Assembly (NCBI GenBank): GCA_964187785.1
Contig: OZ076409.1
Span: 75,890,001 to 75,954,000 of the forward strand
From: Amphiscolops sp. MND2022
Lineage: Eukaryota
Reading direction: 5' to 3'
DNA: 64,000 nt
Positions 37,104-51,900 of the stretch are shown piece by piece; position 1 is the first letter of the stretch; each line of letters starts with the position of its first letter. The translations under genes were made by a program, and so were the position numbers. The notes under the pieces were generated by a model. It was not told the origin of the DNA, searched no databases, and saw only the letters and a list, made by a program, of their open reading frames with translations.

Positions 37104-38372
37104 GTGCCGGGATTACTATTCGATAAGGAATTTTGCGCGGTTGGGTAGGGCCCCGTGAGCGCGCCAGGGGATAGTGTTAGAACAACAAGGATTTGGGCAT
37201 CAGTTGGGAGCGATTTTCTAAACTATCCGTACGATTTTGCTGAAATTTGGCACGAAGCTTCCTTGGAACATTCTAAGAACAAATCCCTACTGGCGTTTTG
37301 CTGGGAAAAATCAAAAAGTTGGTCAAAAATGCGATTTTCCGACAAAATTTTGGGGTAAAATTTTTTTGAAACGTTATATCTCGCCACAGGGTCACGCTAG
37401 CGCCTCGCAACCTATGATCGTGTTTTGTTGGGCGTTGTCTGTAGAACACGTATGCCAAATTTGGTGGCGATCGGACTTAAACTCAGGGAGATATAGCGAT
37501 TTTTTAGGTGCATTTTTTGACATTTTTTGCATTTGCCGATTTATCTCTGCCGTTTTTGCCCAAAATTTTTTTGAGACACTCTCCTAAAGACCTCCCCTGG
37601 CCGGTTTACCTCCCAGAAAAACCATTTGGCCCTAAATACGAAGTTTCAGCGTTCTAGCATTCCCGGGCAAAAAGTTGTGGGACTTAGAATAGTTTTTATG
37701 GTAACGCAAAATGTGTAAAGTCAACTTCAGGCCTCCCAAAGTCAAAGAACTTCCACACAACTAGGATTGCAAGTGGGTGCATGTGGAAAGTACTCGGATA
37801 GACGAGAAAAATGAGCTATAGAACGACTCTGTAGCTTAACCTGACGTTGACTTATGACAATTTTAGTGTGAGCTTGCTATTTGGTGTAAAAATTCAAATG
37901 ATGAAAATCGAAGCTAAGTCTCATCCAAAACTCATCGGAATACGTTCAATGCACCCCAAAGCGGATTAATTCGAGATGTTTAGTGCAGCAACACCATTCA
38001 AGACCATTTGACCCATTTTTATAAGTTTTGACAACGTATTATTCATACGAGAGCACGAAACAGTTGAGTACATTCCATCTCCCTTTCGGGGGAGATGAGA
38101 ATGTACTCGCTAAAGTCCAGGTACTACAGCCCATATTTGCTTTTATGCGACGCTCTTATGCTAGTGCGCATACTTTTTAATCGTTTAACTGAATTTTCTT
38201 CTGTCTGCACTTTGACTTTGACTTGACATATAGTGAACGTTTTGTCTTACAACTTACAAATGAGTAACGTCAACGCCCCATCCTTGCATCAACGCCCACC
38301 GTCCGTGGGCATGCCGAGGCATGCCCTTCGACGACGTATGCCAAGATATATCCCAAGCGCGGTAGCAGCTAG
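37104..38372 (+). mobile_element. Non-autonomous unit, subfamily F, copy 2
   Basis: Same length as 16709-17977 and identical ORF-track translations. Confidence 0.75.
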
Positions 38373-40946
38373 GTGCCGGGATTTCTATTCGATAAAGTAT
38401 GTGGCGCGTGTGGGTAGGGTCCCTGGCGCGCTCTTGGGTATGGTGTTCACCAGCTAGGAAATAGGGGTCGATTTTTCGGGATCTCCTAAACTAGCCACAC
38501 GATTTGGCTGAAATTTGGCACACGTACTCCCCTCGGCACGGTGAAGATGATTTCCTACTGACGTTTTTCCCGCAAAATTTTTTTTGTTGTCCAAAATAAC
38601 GGTTTTTGGGGTAAAATTTTGAATTTTTTTTAAATTTCATCTTATATCTCGCCACGATTTTACGCTAGCGCTTCAAAACCCTGCTAAAGAAAGTTTGCAA
38701 ACTGTCTCAGGAATGCGGTGTGAAATTTTCAGCTCAATCGGACTTAAACTCGGGGAGATATAGCGTTTTTCCGGAGCGGGGGGGTTTCATTTTTCTAACG
38801 GTCCAGCTTATCTTAGCCATTTTTTCGAAAATGTACTCGCCTAAAGACCTCCCCTGGCCGGTTTTATTCCCAGCAAAACCATTTGGCCCTAAATACGGAG
38901 TTTCAGCGTTCCAGCATTCCCGGGCGAAAAGTTGTGGGACTTAGAAAATTTCAAAAATTTTCAAAATTTTTTTTTCCGTTTTCCGCCCTCCCCCCCTAGG
39001 GGAAAAGACCCCCCAACCAGTAATTTGAGTGAATTCATGTGGAAAGGCCATGTTTAGAGGAGAAAAATCCCGTTTAAATCGTCTTTTTATCTTTATTCAA
39101 CGTTGACTTATGACGTTTTGAAGGTGATGTTTGGAGGTGTGAAGCACATGAAAAGTAAAGGTTATGAGTATTTATCTGATCTTAAAGCCATTGAGATGCA
39201 ACCTGTTTTGCTCAAAACGTAATTCATATCAGTTTGGTAGTCAATCAACATCCTTTGTTGTCATTTGACATCTTTTTTTGTTGATATAAGAAAAAATTTC
39301 GTGTATTTATTCATTTTTTTCTCATCAAATAACTTGAAACAGTTGAGTACATTCCATCCCCCCTTCACGGGGGAGATGAGAATGTACTCGCAAAAAGCCC
39401 CGAACTACGGCCCTTACCTTCCTGAGCTACGCAGTATAAAGTTTGCATATTGGTTCCGACATTTTGGTAGAGTTATATCTTGGTAATCTGTCTGGGTATG
39501 CAGAAAAACCAGCACGTGCTTTTTTATACCAAGTTGCTCACAACGACATTTATTTTATATCAACGCCCCCATATTTATCAACGCCCCCCGTCCGTGGGCA
39601 TGCCGAGGCATGCCCTTCGACGACGTATACCAAGATATGTTCGAGCGCGTTAGCCTAGGTGCCGGGATTTCCATTCGATAAGGAATTCTGCGCGTGTGGG
39701 TAGGGCCCCTGGCGCGCTCCTGTGTTTTCGGTTTTCCTACTCCTAAATAGACCCCCTAAATTCCGGGATCTCCTAAACTATCCATACGATTTGGCTGAAA
39801 TTTGGCACACGTACCCCCCTCGGCACGGTGAAGATGATTTCCTACTGACGTTTTTCCCGCTAAACATTTTTTGTTGACCAAAATAACGGTTTTTGGGGTA
39901 AAATTTTCAACTTTTTTTAAATTTCATCTTATATCTCGCCACGGGTGCTCGCTAGCGCTTCCAAACCTTGCTGACGAAAGTTTGCAAACTGTCTCAGGAA
40001 GGCTGTGTGAAAATTTCAGCTCAATCGGACTCAAACTCGAGGAGATATAGCGTTTTTCCGGAGCGGGGGGGTTTCATTTTTCTAACGGTCCAGCTTATCT
40101 TTGCCATTTTTTCGAAAATGCACTCGCCTAAAGGCCTCCCCTGGCCGGTTTTATTCCCAGCAAAACCATTTGGCCCTAAATACGGAGTTTCAGCGTTCCA
40201 GCATTCTCGGGCGAAAAGTTGTGGGACTTAGAAAATTTCAAAAATTTTCAAAAAATTTTTTTTTCGTTATTTGGGCCCCCAAAGTGGGGGAAAAGATCCC
40301 CCAACCAGTAATTCAAGTGAATGCATGTGGAAAGGCCATGTTTAGAGGAGAAAAATGCCGTTTAGAACGTCTTTTTATCTTGGCTCAACGTTGACTTATG
40401 ACGTTTTGAAGGTGATGTTTGGAGGTGTAAAGCAAGTGAATAGTAAACGTTATGAGTATTTATCTGATCTGAAAGCCATTGAGATGCAATATGATTGCTC
40501 AAAACGTAATTCATTGCAGTTTGGCAATCAATCAACACCCTTTGTTGTCGTTTGACATACTTTTTTGTTGTTAAAATAAAAAATTTTGTGTATTTATTCA
40601 TTTTTTCTCATCAAATAACTTGGAACAGTTGAGTACATTCCATCCCCCCCTTCCGGGGGAGATGAGAATGTACTCGCAAAAAGCACCGAACTACGGCCCT
40701 TACCTTCCCGAGCTACGCAGTATAAGGATTACATATTGGTTCCGACATTTTCATAGAGTTATATCTTGGTAATCTGTCTGGATATGCCGAAAAATCAGCA
40801 CGTGCCTTTTAATACCAAGTTGCTCACAACGACAATTATTTTATATCAACGCCCCCATATTTATCAACGCCCCCCGTCCGTGGGCATGCCGAGGCATGCC
40901 CTTCGACGACGTATACCAAGATATACATAAGCGCGGTAGCCGCTAG

Positions 40947-42917
40947 GTGCGGGGGGGTAACCCCAACAAATATATTGGAGGATTCGGGTAGGGTCCTGAA
41001 TCCGATTTTAACTCTAATAGCTATCGATAGGAAATCGTGCAAAAATTTCGGGATCTCGTGATCTAACCATAGGATTTTAAAGTTGGAGCGGCCCCCACCA
41101 GATTTTCCAAAGTTATTCGCCCCCCACCGGGTTCCAGCGTGATTGAAATATTTTGACGGGGTACACGGGCGACCGTTAGGGGTCATTTTGGGGGTAAAAT
41201 TTATATCCGGTCGCATAACTTTTTTCCTGTTGGTTTAAAACTTTGGGACCCTGCTAAAAGTTTCTTGACCGTGTTGCAGTGGCTCCGGAGGTCCAAACCA
41301 AATTTTTCTATCTTGAAGCTATCTCCAAGTACCCCCCCGCCCAAACCGTTATTTTTCCGGAAACGCAGGTTTTTGACCCGGAAGGAGTCGTCTGAGCGCG
41401 GGTTCGTTAGGTGATGTATTGGGGACGGCCTTGAGACGAAGCGGGGGACATGTAGTTTGCCGACCCCAATTTACCCCCCGGACGGGAAATGACCGTTATA
41501 TGAGCGGGAAAATTGCCCCCCTCCACGTTTAACCGCTATTTCCGGTGTGAAGGAGTGGGAGTAGCGCGTCGGGTGTCATATATCAAAAGTAGGTTTAGAC
41601 AAGGACCTATCGGAAACATGTGGTTTGGGACCCCCTGGACCAACCCGTTAGCGAGAAATGGCGCTTCCGCCTCCTTTTTTTACTGCTAAAACCGTAAAAT
41701 GGGCATTGAGGGGTAAATATCTCGTGAACGCGTGGAGCAATCGTGTCCTTCACTACTACAAGGTTTCATGCCCATCATATGGTGCCTTCAGGGGGGCAAA
41801 CAGATTTCCGCTATCTATCACCGTTACCGACTTGGCCCCCCAGCCTAACCGCTATGTTACCGGAAATGTCACTTTTTGAGCCCAAAGGGTCAGTCCGAGC
41901 GCGGCATCGTTAGGTAACTTATTGTAGTACTCAATGAGACGAGTTGGGGGATATAGTTTCAGTCACCCCCCGTTACCCCTTGTGACCGGAAATGACCGTT
42001 ATGTTGGTAAAATTGCGATTTTTGTACTTTTTGAAGGGCAATTAGGTGCGGAAGGAGTGGTAATAGGTGCTTGGACACTATATGAGGTAAGGGAGGACGT
42101 GAGGCGAGCATTCGGAAATAACCGTTATGTTGACCCCAAAGTCCCCCTGGTACCGTAAACGACCGGAAATGGTCAAATTTTGTGTCTATTGAGTACAAAT
42201 GTTTGGTGTTTTATGAATAAAGTACCTATTAGGTGTTTCGACGGTCTGCAGTAGTGAACATAGTCATGAAACCTTACGGGGGGTAACGGTATATAGCACC
42301 GGAAGTCCAAACCGTTGGAGACAGGATAGGTTTTTTTGGTTTTAAAATGTCTTTCGGCGTACTTTTGTTGACTATTATGGACTATTTTTAAAAATTAAAG
42401 TTTTTCCATATAGTTTCAGAGACTCCGAAACCTCAACCAACATAACCGTTACCTTATGATAGCCTTTCAAGTTGGCCTGGTGTCAACTTGGAGGGGCTAT
42501 CCTTCAAAAATCGTTAATCAAGTGTGTTTTTGGGTATGTTTGTATCAATTTAGAATCAATTAGAGCTTCAAGAAAAGTTTGCCAACGACAAAAACTATGT
42601 CGTGATGATTCCGTTATTAGAATGATGGTTAACAAAATGTTGATAAAGTTAATTTTTTACATTTCAAATGTGTCCTAAAAGCCAGAAAACCTCTTTACCA
42701 AAAAAATGGTATTGATTGAATTGTATATAACAGGTAATAAAAGTTCAAATTGATTATTACGTTTCATTATTCAAGCTAAAACTTCATAACAAAGTTTAAT
42801 TAACGTCAACGCCACACACTTTACATCAACGCCCACCGTCTGTGGGCATGCCGAGGCATGCCCTTCGACGACGTTTACCAAATACATACCTAACGACGCC
42901 CGTACATCCCGGGCTAG
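40947..42917 (+). mobile_element. Unique 1971-bp non-autonomous unit (H) with family termini but an unrelated interior
   Basis: Starts GTGCGG after CTAG, has GGGTAGGGTCC at 40986, and ends with CAACGCC x2, the hairpin at 42844-42863 and CTAG at 42914-42917. Confidence 0.8.
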
Positions 42918-45900
42918 GTGGCCGTGTCTTTTCGACGTGCTTTTGCATTGAGGAGTGGGTAGGGCCCCGCGACGACCTAGAAGAATTGGATGCTCACCGA
43001 AACGTGCAGAATTCTACGAGATCTCATAGTTTGAGCCATACGATTTTGCTGAAATTTGGCATGTGGCCTGGAATTGGTGAGTAGGTAAAACGTGTAGGAG
43101 GTGATTTTTCCCAAATTCCACTGTGAGACGAGATATGGGCAAATAACGGTCCCAAAAATGGCAAAAATGCACTTTTTTCAACTTTGTCAGCCCATATCTC
43201 GTTCCCAGGTGCCCGGAGCGGGACGCGTTAAGCTGATTATAAACTCTAGGGTGTTGAGGCTGTACGGGGAAGTCAGGCCCGTTCCGATCGGACTTGTAGT
43301 CTTGGAGAAATAACGGTATTTTTGGGGAACCTTTTCTAACGGTCCAGCTTATCTTTGCCATTTTTTCGAAAATGTACTCGCCTAAAGGCCTCCCCCTGGC
43401 CGAATTTACTCCCAGCAAAACCATTTGGCCCTAAATACGGAGTTTCAGCGTTCCAGCATTCCCGGGCGAAAAGTTGTGGGACTTGGAGAATTTTCAAAAA
43501 TTTTCAAAAATTTTTTTTTTCGTTTTCCGGGCCCCCAATGAAGGGGAAACGACCCCCCAACCAGTATTTTGAGTGAATTCATGTGGAAAGCCCTTGTTTT
43601 GACGAGAAATGTACCGTTTAGAACATCTTTTTATCTTGACTCAACGTTGACTTATGACGTTTTGAATGTGATGTAAGGATGTAGGAGGCATGTGATAAGT
43701 TGATGTTTTGAGTCTTTATCTCATATGAAAGCGGTTGAGATGCAAGCTGTCCTGCTCAAAACGTCTTTCGTTGTAATTTTCCAGTGCACCAATACCCTTT
43801 GGTGTCATATAAACATACTTTTCGTCGATATATTAACAATTTTAATGTATTTATTCCAATTTTTATTATCTTTTAACTCAAAACAGTTGAGTACATTTCA
43901 TCTCCCTTTCGGGGGAGATGAGAATGTACTCGCTAAAGACCTAGCGCCATGACCAAAAGTTTGAAACCCACGTTTTTTATCTTCTTACAGACTTGTTTTT
44001 GTATTTTTTCGGAATTTTTTAAAAATTAATATACTTGAAATACATTACTTGACTTTACTACTACAATCCACCTCCAACGTCAACGCCCCCTTGCTTGCAT
44101 CAACGCCCACCGTCCGTGGGCATGCCGAGGCATGCCCTTCGACGACGTATGCCAAATGCCCAGTGCCACGCAGTCATTATCGCTAGGTGGCCGTGTCTTT
44201 TCGACGTGCTTTTGCATCGAGGAGTGGGTAGGGCCCCGCGACGACCTAGAAGAATTGGATGCTCACCGAAACGTGCAGAATTCTACGAGATCTCATAGTT
44301 TGAGCCATACGATTTTTCTGAAATTTGGCATGTGGCCTGGAATTGGTGAGTAGGTAAAACGTGTAGGAGGTGATTTTTCCCAAATTCCACTGTGAGACGA
44401 GATATGGGCAAATAACGGTCCCAAAAATGGCAAAAATGCACTTTTTTCAACTTTGTCAGCCCATATCTCGTTCCCAGGTGCCCGGAGCGGGACGCGTTAA
44501 GCTGATTATAAACTCTAGGGTGTTGAGGCTGTACGGGGAAGTCAGGCCCGTTCCGATCGGACTTGTAGTCTTGGAGAAATAACGGTATTTTTGGGGAACC
44601 TTTTCTAACGGTCCAGCTTATCTTTGCCATTTTTTCGAAAATGTACTCGCCTAAAGGCCTCCCCCTGGCCGAATTTACTCCCAGCAAAACCATTTGGCCC
44701 TAAATACGGAGTTTCAGCGTTCCAGCATTCCCGGGCGAAAAGTTGTGGGACTTGGAAAATTTTCAAAAATTTTCAAAAAAATTTTTTTTCGTATTCCGGG
44801 CCCCCAATGAAGGGGAAACGACCCCCCAACCAGTATTTTGAGTGAATTCATGTGGAAAGCCCTTGTTTTGACGAGAAAAATACCGTTTAGAACATCTTTT
44901 TATCTTGACTCAACGTTGACTTATGACGTTTTGAATGTGATGTAAGGATGTAGGAGGCATGTGATAAGTTGATGTTTTGAGTCTTTATCTCATATGAAAG
45001 CGGTTGAGATGCAAGCTGTCCTGCTCAAAACGTCTTTCGTTGTAACTTTCCAGTGCACCAATACCCTTTGGTGTCATATAAACATACTTTTTGTCGATAT
45101 ATTAACAATTTTAATGTATTTATTCCAATTTTTATTATCTTATAACTCAAAACAGTTGAGTACATTTCATCTCCCTTTCGGGGGAGATGAGAATGTACTC
45201 GCTAAAGACCTAGCGCCATGACCAAAAATTTGAAACTCACGTTTTTTATCTTCTTACAGACTTGTTTTTGTATTTTTTCGGAATTTTTTAAAAATTAATA
45301 TACTTGAAATACATTACTTGACTTTACTACTACAACCCACCTCCAACGACAACGCCCCCCTGCTTGCATCAACGCCCACCGTCCGTGGGCATGCCGAGGC
45401 ATGCCCTTCGACGACGTATGCCAAATGCCCAGTGCCACGCAGTCATTATCGCTAGGTGGCCGTGTCTTTTCGACGTGCTTTTGCATTGAGGAGTGGGTAG
45501 GGCCCCGCGACGACCTAGAAGAATTGGATGCTCACCGAAACGTGCAGAATTCTACGAGATCTCATAGTTTGAGCCATACGATTTTTCTGAAATTTGGCAT
45601 GTGGCCTGGAATTGGTGAGTAGGTAAAACGTGTAGGAGGTAATTTTTCCCAAATTCCACTGTGAGAGGAGATATGGGCAAATAACGGACCCAAAAATGGC
45701 AAAAATGCACATTTTTCAACTTTGTCAGCCAATATCTCTTTTCCAGGTGCCCGTAGCGTTCCGCACGTGGACATCAATATTGCTCAGCGCTGTTGGAGGA
45801 GTGCGTGGACAAATTTTGGTTTAAATCGGACTTAAACTTGACGAGAAATTAACGGTTTTTTGGGCGTTTCCGGGGTAAATTTTTTAACGGTCCAGCTTAT

Positions 45901-48900
45901 CTTTGCCATTTTTTCGAAAATGTACATGCCTAAAGGCCTCCCCCTGGCCGAATTTACTCCCAGCAAACCCATTTGGCCCTAAATACGGAGTTTCAGCGTT
46001 CCAGCATTCCGGGGCGGAAAGTTGTGGGACTTGGAAAAATTTCAAAATTTTTTCAAAAATTTTTTTTCCCGTTTTCCGGGCCCCCAATGAAGGGGAACGA
46101 CCCCCCAACCAGTATTTTGAGTGAATTCATGTGGAACGCCCATGTTTGGAGGAGAAAAATGCCGTTTAGAACATCTTTTTATCTTAACTTGACATTGACT
46201 TATGACGTTTTGAATGTGATGTTAGGATATATGAAGCATGTTAAAAGTTGAAGTTTTGAGTCTTTATCTCATCGGAAAACCATTGAGATACAAGCAGTTT
46301 TGCTAAAAACGATTTTCATTGTAGGTTAGCAGAGTATTAGTACACTTTGATGTCATTTGAGTATTTTTTTCTTCTATATAATAACTGTTTTTATGTATTT
46401 ATTCCAATTTATCTCATCTTTTAACATCAAGCAGTTGAGTACATTTCATCTCCCTTTCGGGGGAGATGAGAATGTACTCGCTAAAAACCTAATGCTATGG
46501 CGCCAATGTTTGGATGGGAAGTTTTCTATGCTTTGAAAAAAGTTATTTTTAATTACTTGATTTTTTAAAACAATAATTAACATGAAGTACATTACTTGCT
46601 CCTACTACTACCACCATACATCTCTAACGTCAACGCCCCCTGCTTGCATCAACGCCCCATCGTCCGTGGGCATGCCGAGGCATGCCCTTCGACGACGTAT
46701 GCCAAATGCCCAGTGCCACGCAGTCTTTCCCCGCTAGGTGGCCGTGTCTTTTCGACGTGCTTTTGCATTGAGGAGTGGGTAGGGCCCCGCGACGACCTAG
46801 AAGAATTGGATGCTCACCGAAACGTGCAGAATTCTACGAGATCTCATAGTTTGAGCCATACGATTTTTCTGAAATTTGGCATGTGGCCTGGAATTGGTGA
46901 GTAGGTAAAACGTGTAGGAGGTGATTTTTCCCAAATTCCACTGTGAGACGAGATATGGGCAAATAACGGTCCCAAAAATGGCAAAAATGCACTTTTTTCA
47001 ACTTTGTCAGCCCATATCTCGTTCCCAGGTGCCCGGAGCGGGACGCGTTAAGCTGATTATAAACTCTAGGGTGTTGAGGCTGTACGGGGAAGTCAGGCCC
47101 GTTCCGATCGGACTTGTAGTCTTGGAGAAATAACGGTATTTTTGGGGAACCTTTTCTAACGGTCCAGCTTATCTTTGCCATTTTTTCGAAAATGTACTCG
47201 CCTAAAGGCCTCCCCCTGGCCGAATTTACTCCCAGCAAAACCATTTGGCCCTAAATACGGAGTTTCAGCGTTCCAGCATTCCCGGGCGAAAAGTTGTGGG
47301 ACTTGGAAAATTTTCAAAAATTTTCAAAAAAATTTTTTTCGTATTCCGGGCCCCCAATGAAGGGGAAACGACCCCCCAACCAGTATTTTGAGTGAATTCA
47401 TGTGGAAAGCCCTTGTTTTGACGAGAAAAATACCGTTTAGAACATCTTTTTATCTTGACTCAACGTTGACTTATGACGTTTTGAATGTGATGTAAGGATG
47501 TAGGAGGCATGTGATAAGTTGATGTTTTGAGTCTTTATCTCATATGAAAGCGGTTGAGATGCAAGCTGTCCTGCTCAAAACGTCTTTCGTTGTAACTTTC
47601 CAGTGCACCAATACCCTTTGGTGTCATATAAACATACTTTTTGTCGATATATTAACAATTTTAATGTATTTATTCCAATTTTTATTATCTTATAACTCAA
47701 AACAGTTGAGTACATTTCATCTCCCTTTCGGGGGAGATGAGAATGTACTCGCTAAAGACCTAGCGCCATGACCAAAAATTTGAAACTCACGTTTTTTATC
47801 TTCTTACAGACTTGTTTTTGTATTTTTTCGGAATTTTTTAAAAATTCATATACTTGAAATACATTACTTGACTTTACTACTACAACCCACCTCCAACGAC
47901 AACGCCCCCCTGCTTGCATCAACGCCCACCGTCCGTGGGCATGCCGAGGCATGCCCTTCGACGACGTATGCCAAATGCCCAGTGCCACGCAGTCATTATC
48001 GCTAGGTGCCGGGATTTCTATTCGATAAAGTATGTTGCGCGTGTGGGTAGGGTCCCTGGCGCGCTCTTGGGTATGGTGTTCACCAGCTAGGAAATAGGGG
48101 TCGATTTTTCGGGATCTCCTAAACTAGCCACACGATTTGGCTGAAATTTGGCACACGTACTCCCCTCGGCACGGTGAAGATGATTTCCTACTGACGTTTT
48201 TCCCGCAAAATTTTTTTTGTTGTCCAAAATAACGGTTTTCGGGGTAAAATTTTGAATTTTTTTTAAATTTCATCTTATATCTCGCCACGGGTTTACGCTA
48301 GCGCTTCAAAACCCTGCTAAAGAAAGCTTGCAAACTGTCTCAGGAATGCGGTGTGAAATTTTCAGCTCAATCGGACTCAAACTCGGGGAGATATAGCGTT
48401 TTTCCGGAGCGGGGGGGGTTTCATTTTTCTAACGGTCCAGCTTATCTTAGCCATTTTTTCGAAAATGTACTCGCCTAAAGACCTCCCCTGGCCGGTTTTA
48501 TTCCCAGCAAAACCATTTGGCCCTAAATACGGAGTTTCAGCGTTCCAGCATTCCCGGGCGAAAAGTTGTGGGACTTAGAAAAATTCAAAAATTTTCAAAA
48601 AAAAATTTTTTCCGTTATTTGGGCCCCCAAAGTGGGGGAAAAGACCCCCCAACCAGTAAAGCAAGTAAATGCATGTGGAAAGCCCTTGTTTAGAGGAGAA
48701 AAATGCCGTTTAGAACGTCTTTTTATCTTAGCTCAACGTTGACTTATGACGTTTTGAAGGTGATGTTTGGAGGTGTAAAGCACGAGAATAGTAAACGTTA
48801 TGAGTATTTATCTGATCTGAAAGCCATTGAGATGCAATATGGTTTGCTCAAAACGTAATGCATTGCAGTTTGGCAGTCAATCATCACCCTTTGTTGTCGT

Positions 48901-51900
48901 TTGACATACTTTTTTGTTGTTATAATAAAAAATTTTGTGTATTTATTCATTTTTTTCTCATCAAATTACTTGAAACAGTTGAGTACATTCCATCCCCCCC
49001 TTCCGGGGGAGATGAGAATGTACTCGCAAAAAGCCCCGAACTACGGCCCTTACCTTCCCGAGCTACGCAGTATAAGGATTACATATTGGTTCCGACATTT
49101 TCATAGAGTTATATCTTGGTAATCTGTCTGGATATGCACAAAAATCAGCACGTGCCTTTTAATACCAAGTTGCTCATAACGACAATTATTTTATATCAAC
49201 GCCCCCATATTTATTAACGCCCCCCGTCCGTGGGCATGCCGAGGCATGCCCTTCGACGACCCGCACCAAAATATACGTCGAGCGCGGTAGCAGCTAGGTG
49301 CCCGGATTTCTATTCATTAAAGTATGTTGCGCGTGTGGGTAGGGCCCCGTGGCGCGCTCTTGTGTCCCTGTTCTCATAACTGCAATTTCCGGCAGCATTC
49401 TGAGCGATTTTCTAAACTATCCATACGATTCGGCTGAAATTTGGCACACGTACCCCCCTCGGCACGGTGAAGATGATTTCCTACTGACGTTTTTCCCGCA
49501 AAATTTTTTTTGTTGTCCAAAATAACGGTTTTTGGGGTAAAATTTTGAATTTTTTTTAAATTTTATCTTATATCTCGCCACGGGTTTACGCTAGCGCTTC
49601 AAAACCCTGCTAAAGAAAGCTTGCAAACTGTCTCAGGAATGCTGTGTGAAATTTTCAGCTCAATCGGACTCAAACTCGGGGAGATATAGCGTTTTTCCGG
49701 AGCGGGGGGGTTTCATTTTTCTAACGGTCCAGCTTATCTTTGCCATTTTTTCGAAAATGCACTCGCCTAAAGGCCTCCCCTGGCCGGTTTTATTCCCAGC
49801 AAAACCATTTGGCCCTAAATACGGAGTTTCAGCGTTCCAGCATTCCCGGGCGAAAAGTTGTGGGACTTAGAAAAGTTCAAAAATTTTCAAAAAATTTTTT
49901 TTCCGTTTTCCGCCCTCCCCCCCTAGGGGAAAAGACCCCCCAACCAGTAATTTGAGTGAATTCATGTGGAAAGGCCATGTTTAGAGGAGAAAAATGCCGT
50001 TTAGAACGTCTTTTTATCTTGGCTCAACGTTGACTTATGACGTTTTGAAGGTGGTGTTTGGAGGTGTAAAGCACGCGAATAGTAAACGTTATGAGTATTT
50101 ATCTGATCTGAAAGCCATTGAGATGAATATGGTTTGCTCAAAACGTAATTCATGGCAGTTTGGCAATCAATCAACACCCTTTGTTGTCGTTTGACATACT
50201 TTTTTGTTGTTATAATAAAAAATTTTGTGTATTTATTCATTTTTTTCTCATCAAATAACTTGAAACAGTTGAGTACATTCCATCCCCCCCTTCACGGGGG
50301 AGATGAGAATGTACTCGCAAAAAGCACCGAACTACGGCCCTAACCTTCCCGAGCTACGCAGTATAAGGATTACATATTGGTTCCGACATTTTCATAGAGT
50401 TAAATCTTGGTAATCTGTCTGGATATGCAGAAAAACCAGCACGTGCTTTTTTATACCAAGTTGCTTACAACGACAATTATTTTATATCAACGCCCCCATA
50501 TTTATCAACGCCCACCGTCCGTGGGCATGCCGAGGCATGCCCTTCGACGACGCGCACCAAAATATTCCCCGAGCGCGTTAGCCTAGGTGCCGGTGTTTTT
50601 TTACACAATGGGGGAAGTTGCGCGGTTGGGGAGGGTCCCTGACGCGCTTCCGTGGTATCGGGTCTTTCAACCGATGAAAACGACATAAAAAATTGGGATC
50701 TCGTAAACTAGCCATACGATTTGGCTGAAATTTGGCACACGTACCCCCCTCGGCACGGTGAAGATGATTCCCTACTGACGTTTTGCTCGCTAAACATTTT
50801 TTGTTGACCAAAATAACGGTTTTTGGGGTAAAATTTTCAACTTTTTTTAAATTTCATCTTATATCTCGCCACGGGTACACGCTAGCGCTTCCAAACCTTG
50901 CTGACGAAAGTTTGCAAACTGTCTCAGGAATGCTGTGTGAAATTTTCAGCTCAATCGGACTTAAACTCGAGGAGATATAGCGTTTTTCCGGAGCGGGGGG
51001 GTTTCATTTTTCTAACGGTCCAGCATATCTTTGCAATTTTTTCGAAAATGTACTCGCCTAAAGGCCTCCCCTGGCCGGTTTTATTCCCAGCAAAACCATT
51101 TTGCCCTAAATACGGAGTTTCAGCGTTCCAGCATTTCCGGGCGAAAAGTTGTGGGACTTAGAAAATTTCAAAAATTTTCAAAAATTTTTTTTTCGTCATT
51201 TGGGCCCCCAAAGTGGGGGAAAAGACCCCCCAACCAGTAAAGCAAGTAAATGCATGTGCAAAGCCCTTGTTTAGGGGAGAAAAATGCCGTTTAGAACGTC
51301 TTTTTATCTTGGCTCAACGTTGACTTATGACGTTTTGAAGGTGATGTTTGGAGGTGTGAAGCACGTGAATAGTAAACGTTATGAGTATTTATCTGATCCG
51401 AAAGCCATTGAGATGCAATATGGTTTGCTCAAAACGTAATTCATTGCAGTTTGGCAATCAATCAACACCCTTTGTTGTCGTTTGACATATTTTTTTGTTG
51501 TTATAATAAAAAATTTTGTGTATTTATTCATTTTTTTCTCATCAAATAACTTGAAACAGTTGAGTACATTCCATCGCCCCCTTCCGGGGGAGATGAGAAT
51601 GTACTCGCAAAAAGCACCGAACTACGGCCCTTACCTTCCCGAGCTACGCAGTATAAGGATTACATATTGGTTCCGACATTTTCATAGAGTTATATCTTGG
51701 TAATCTGTCTGGATATGCAGAAAAATCAGCACGTGCCTTTTAATACCAAGTTGCTTACAACGACAATTATTTTATATCAACGCCCCCATATTTGTCAACG
51801 CCCCCCGTCCGAGGGCATGCCGAGGCATGCCCTTCGACGACGTGTACCAAGATATACCTTGAGCGCGTTAAACTAGGTGCCGGGATTTCTATTCGATAAA

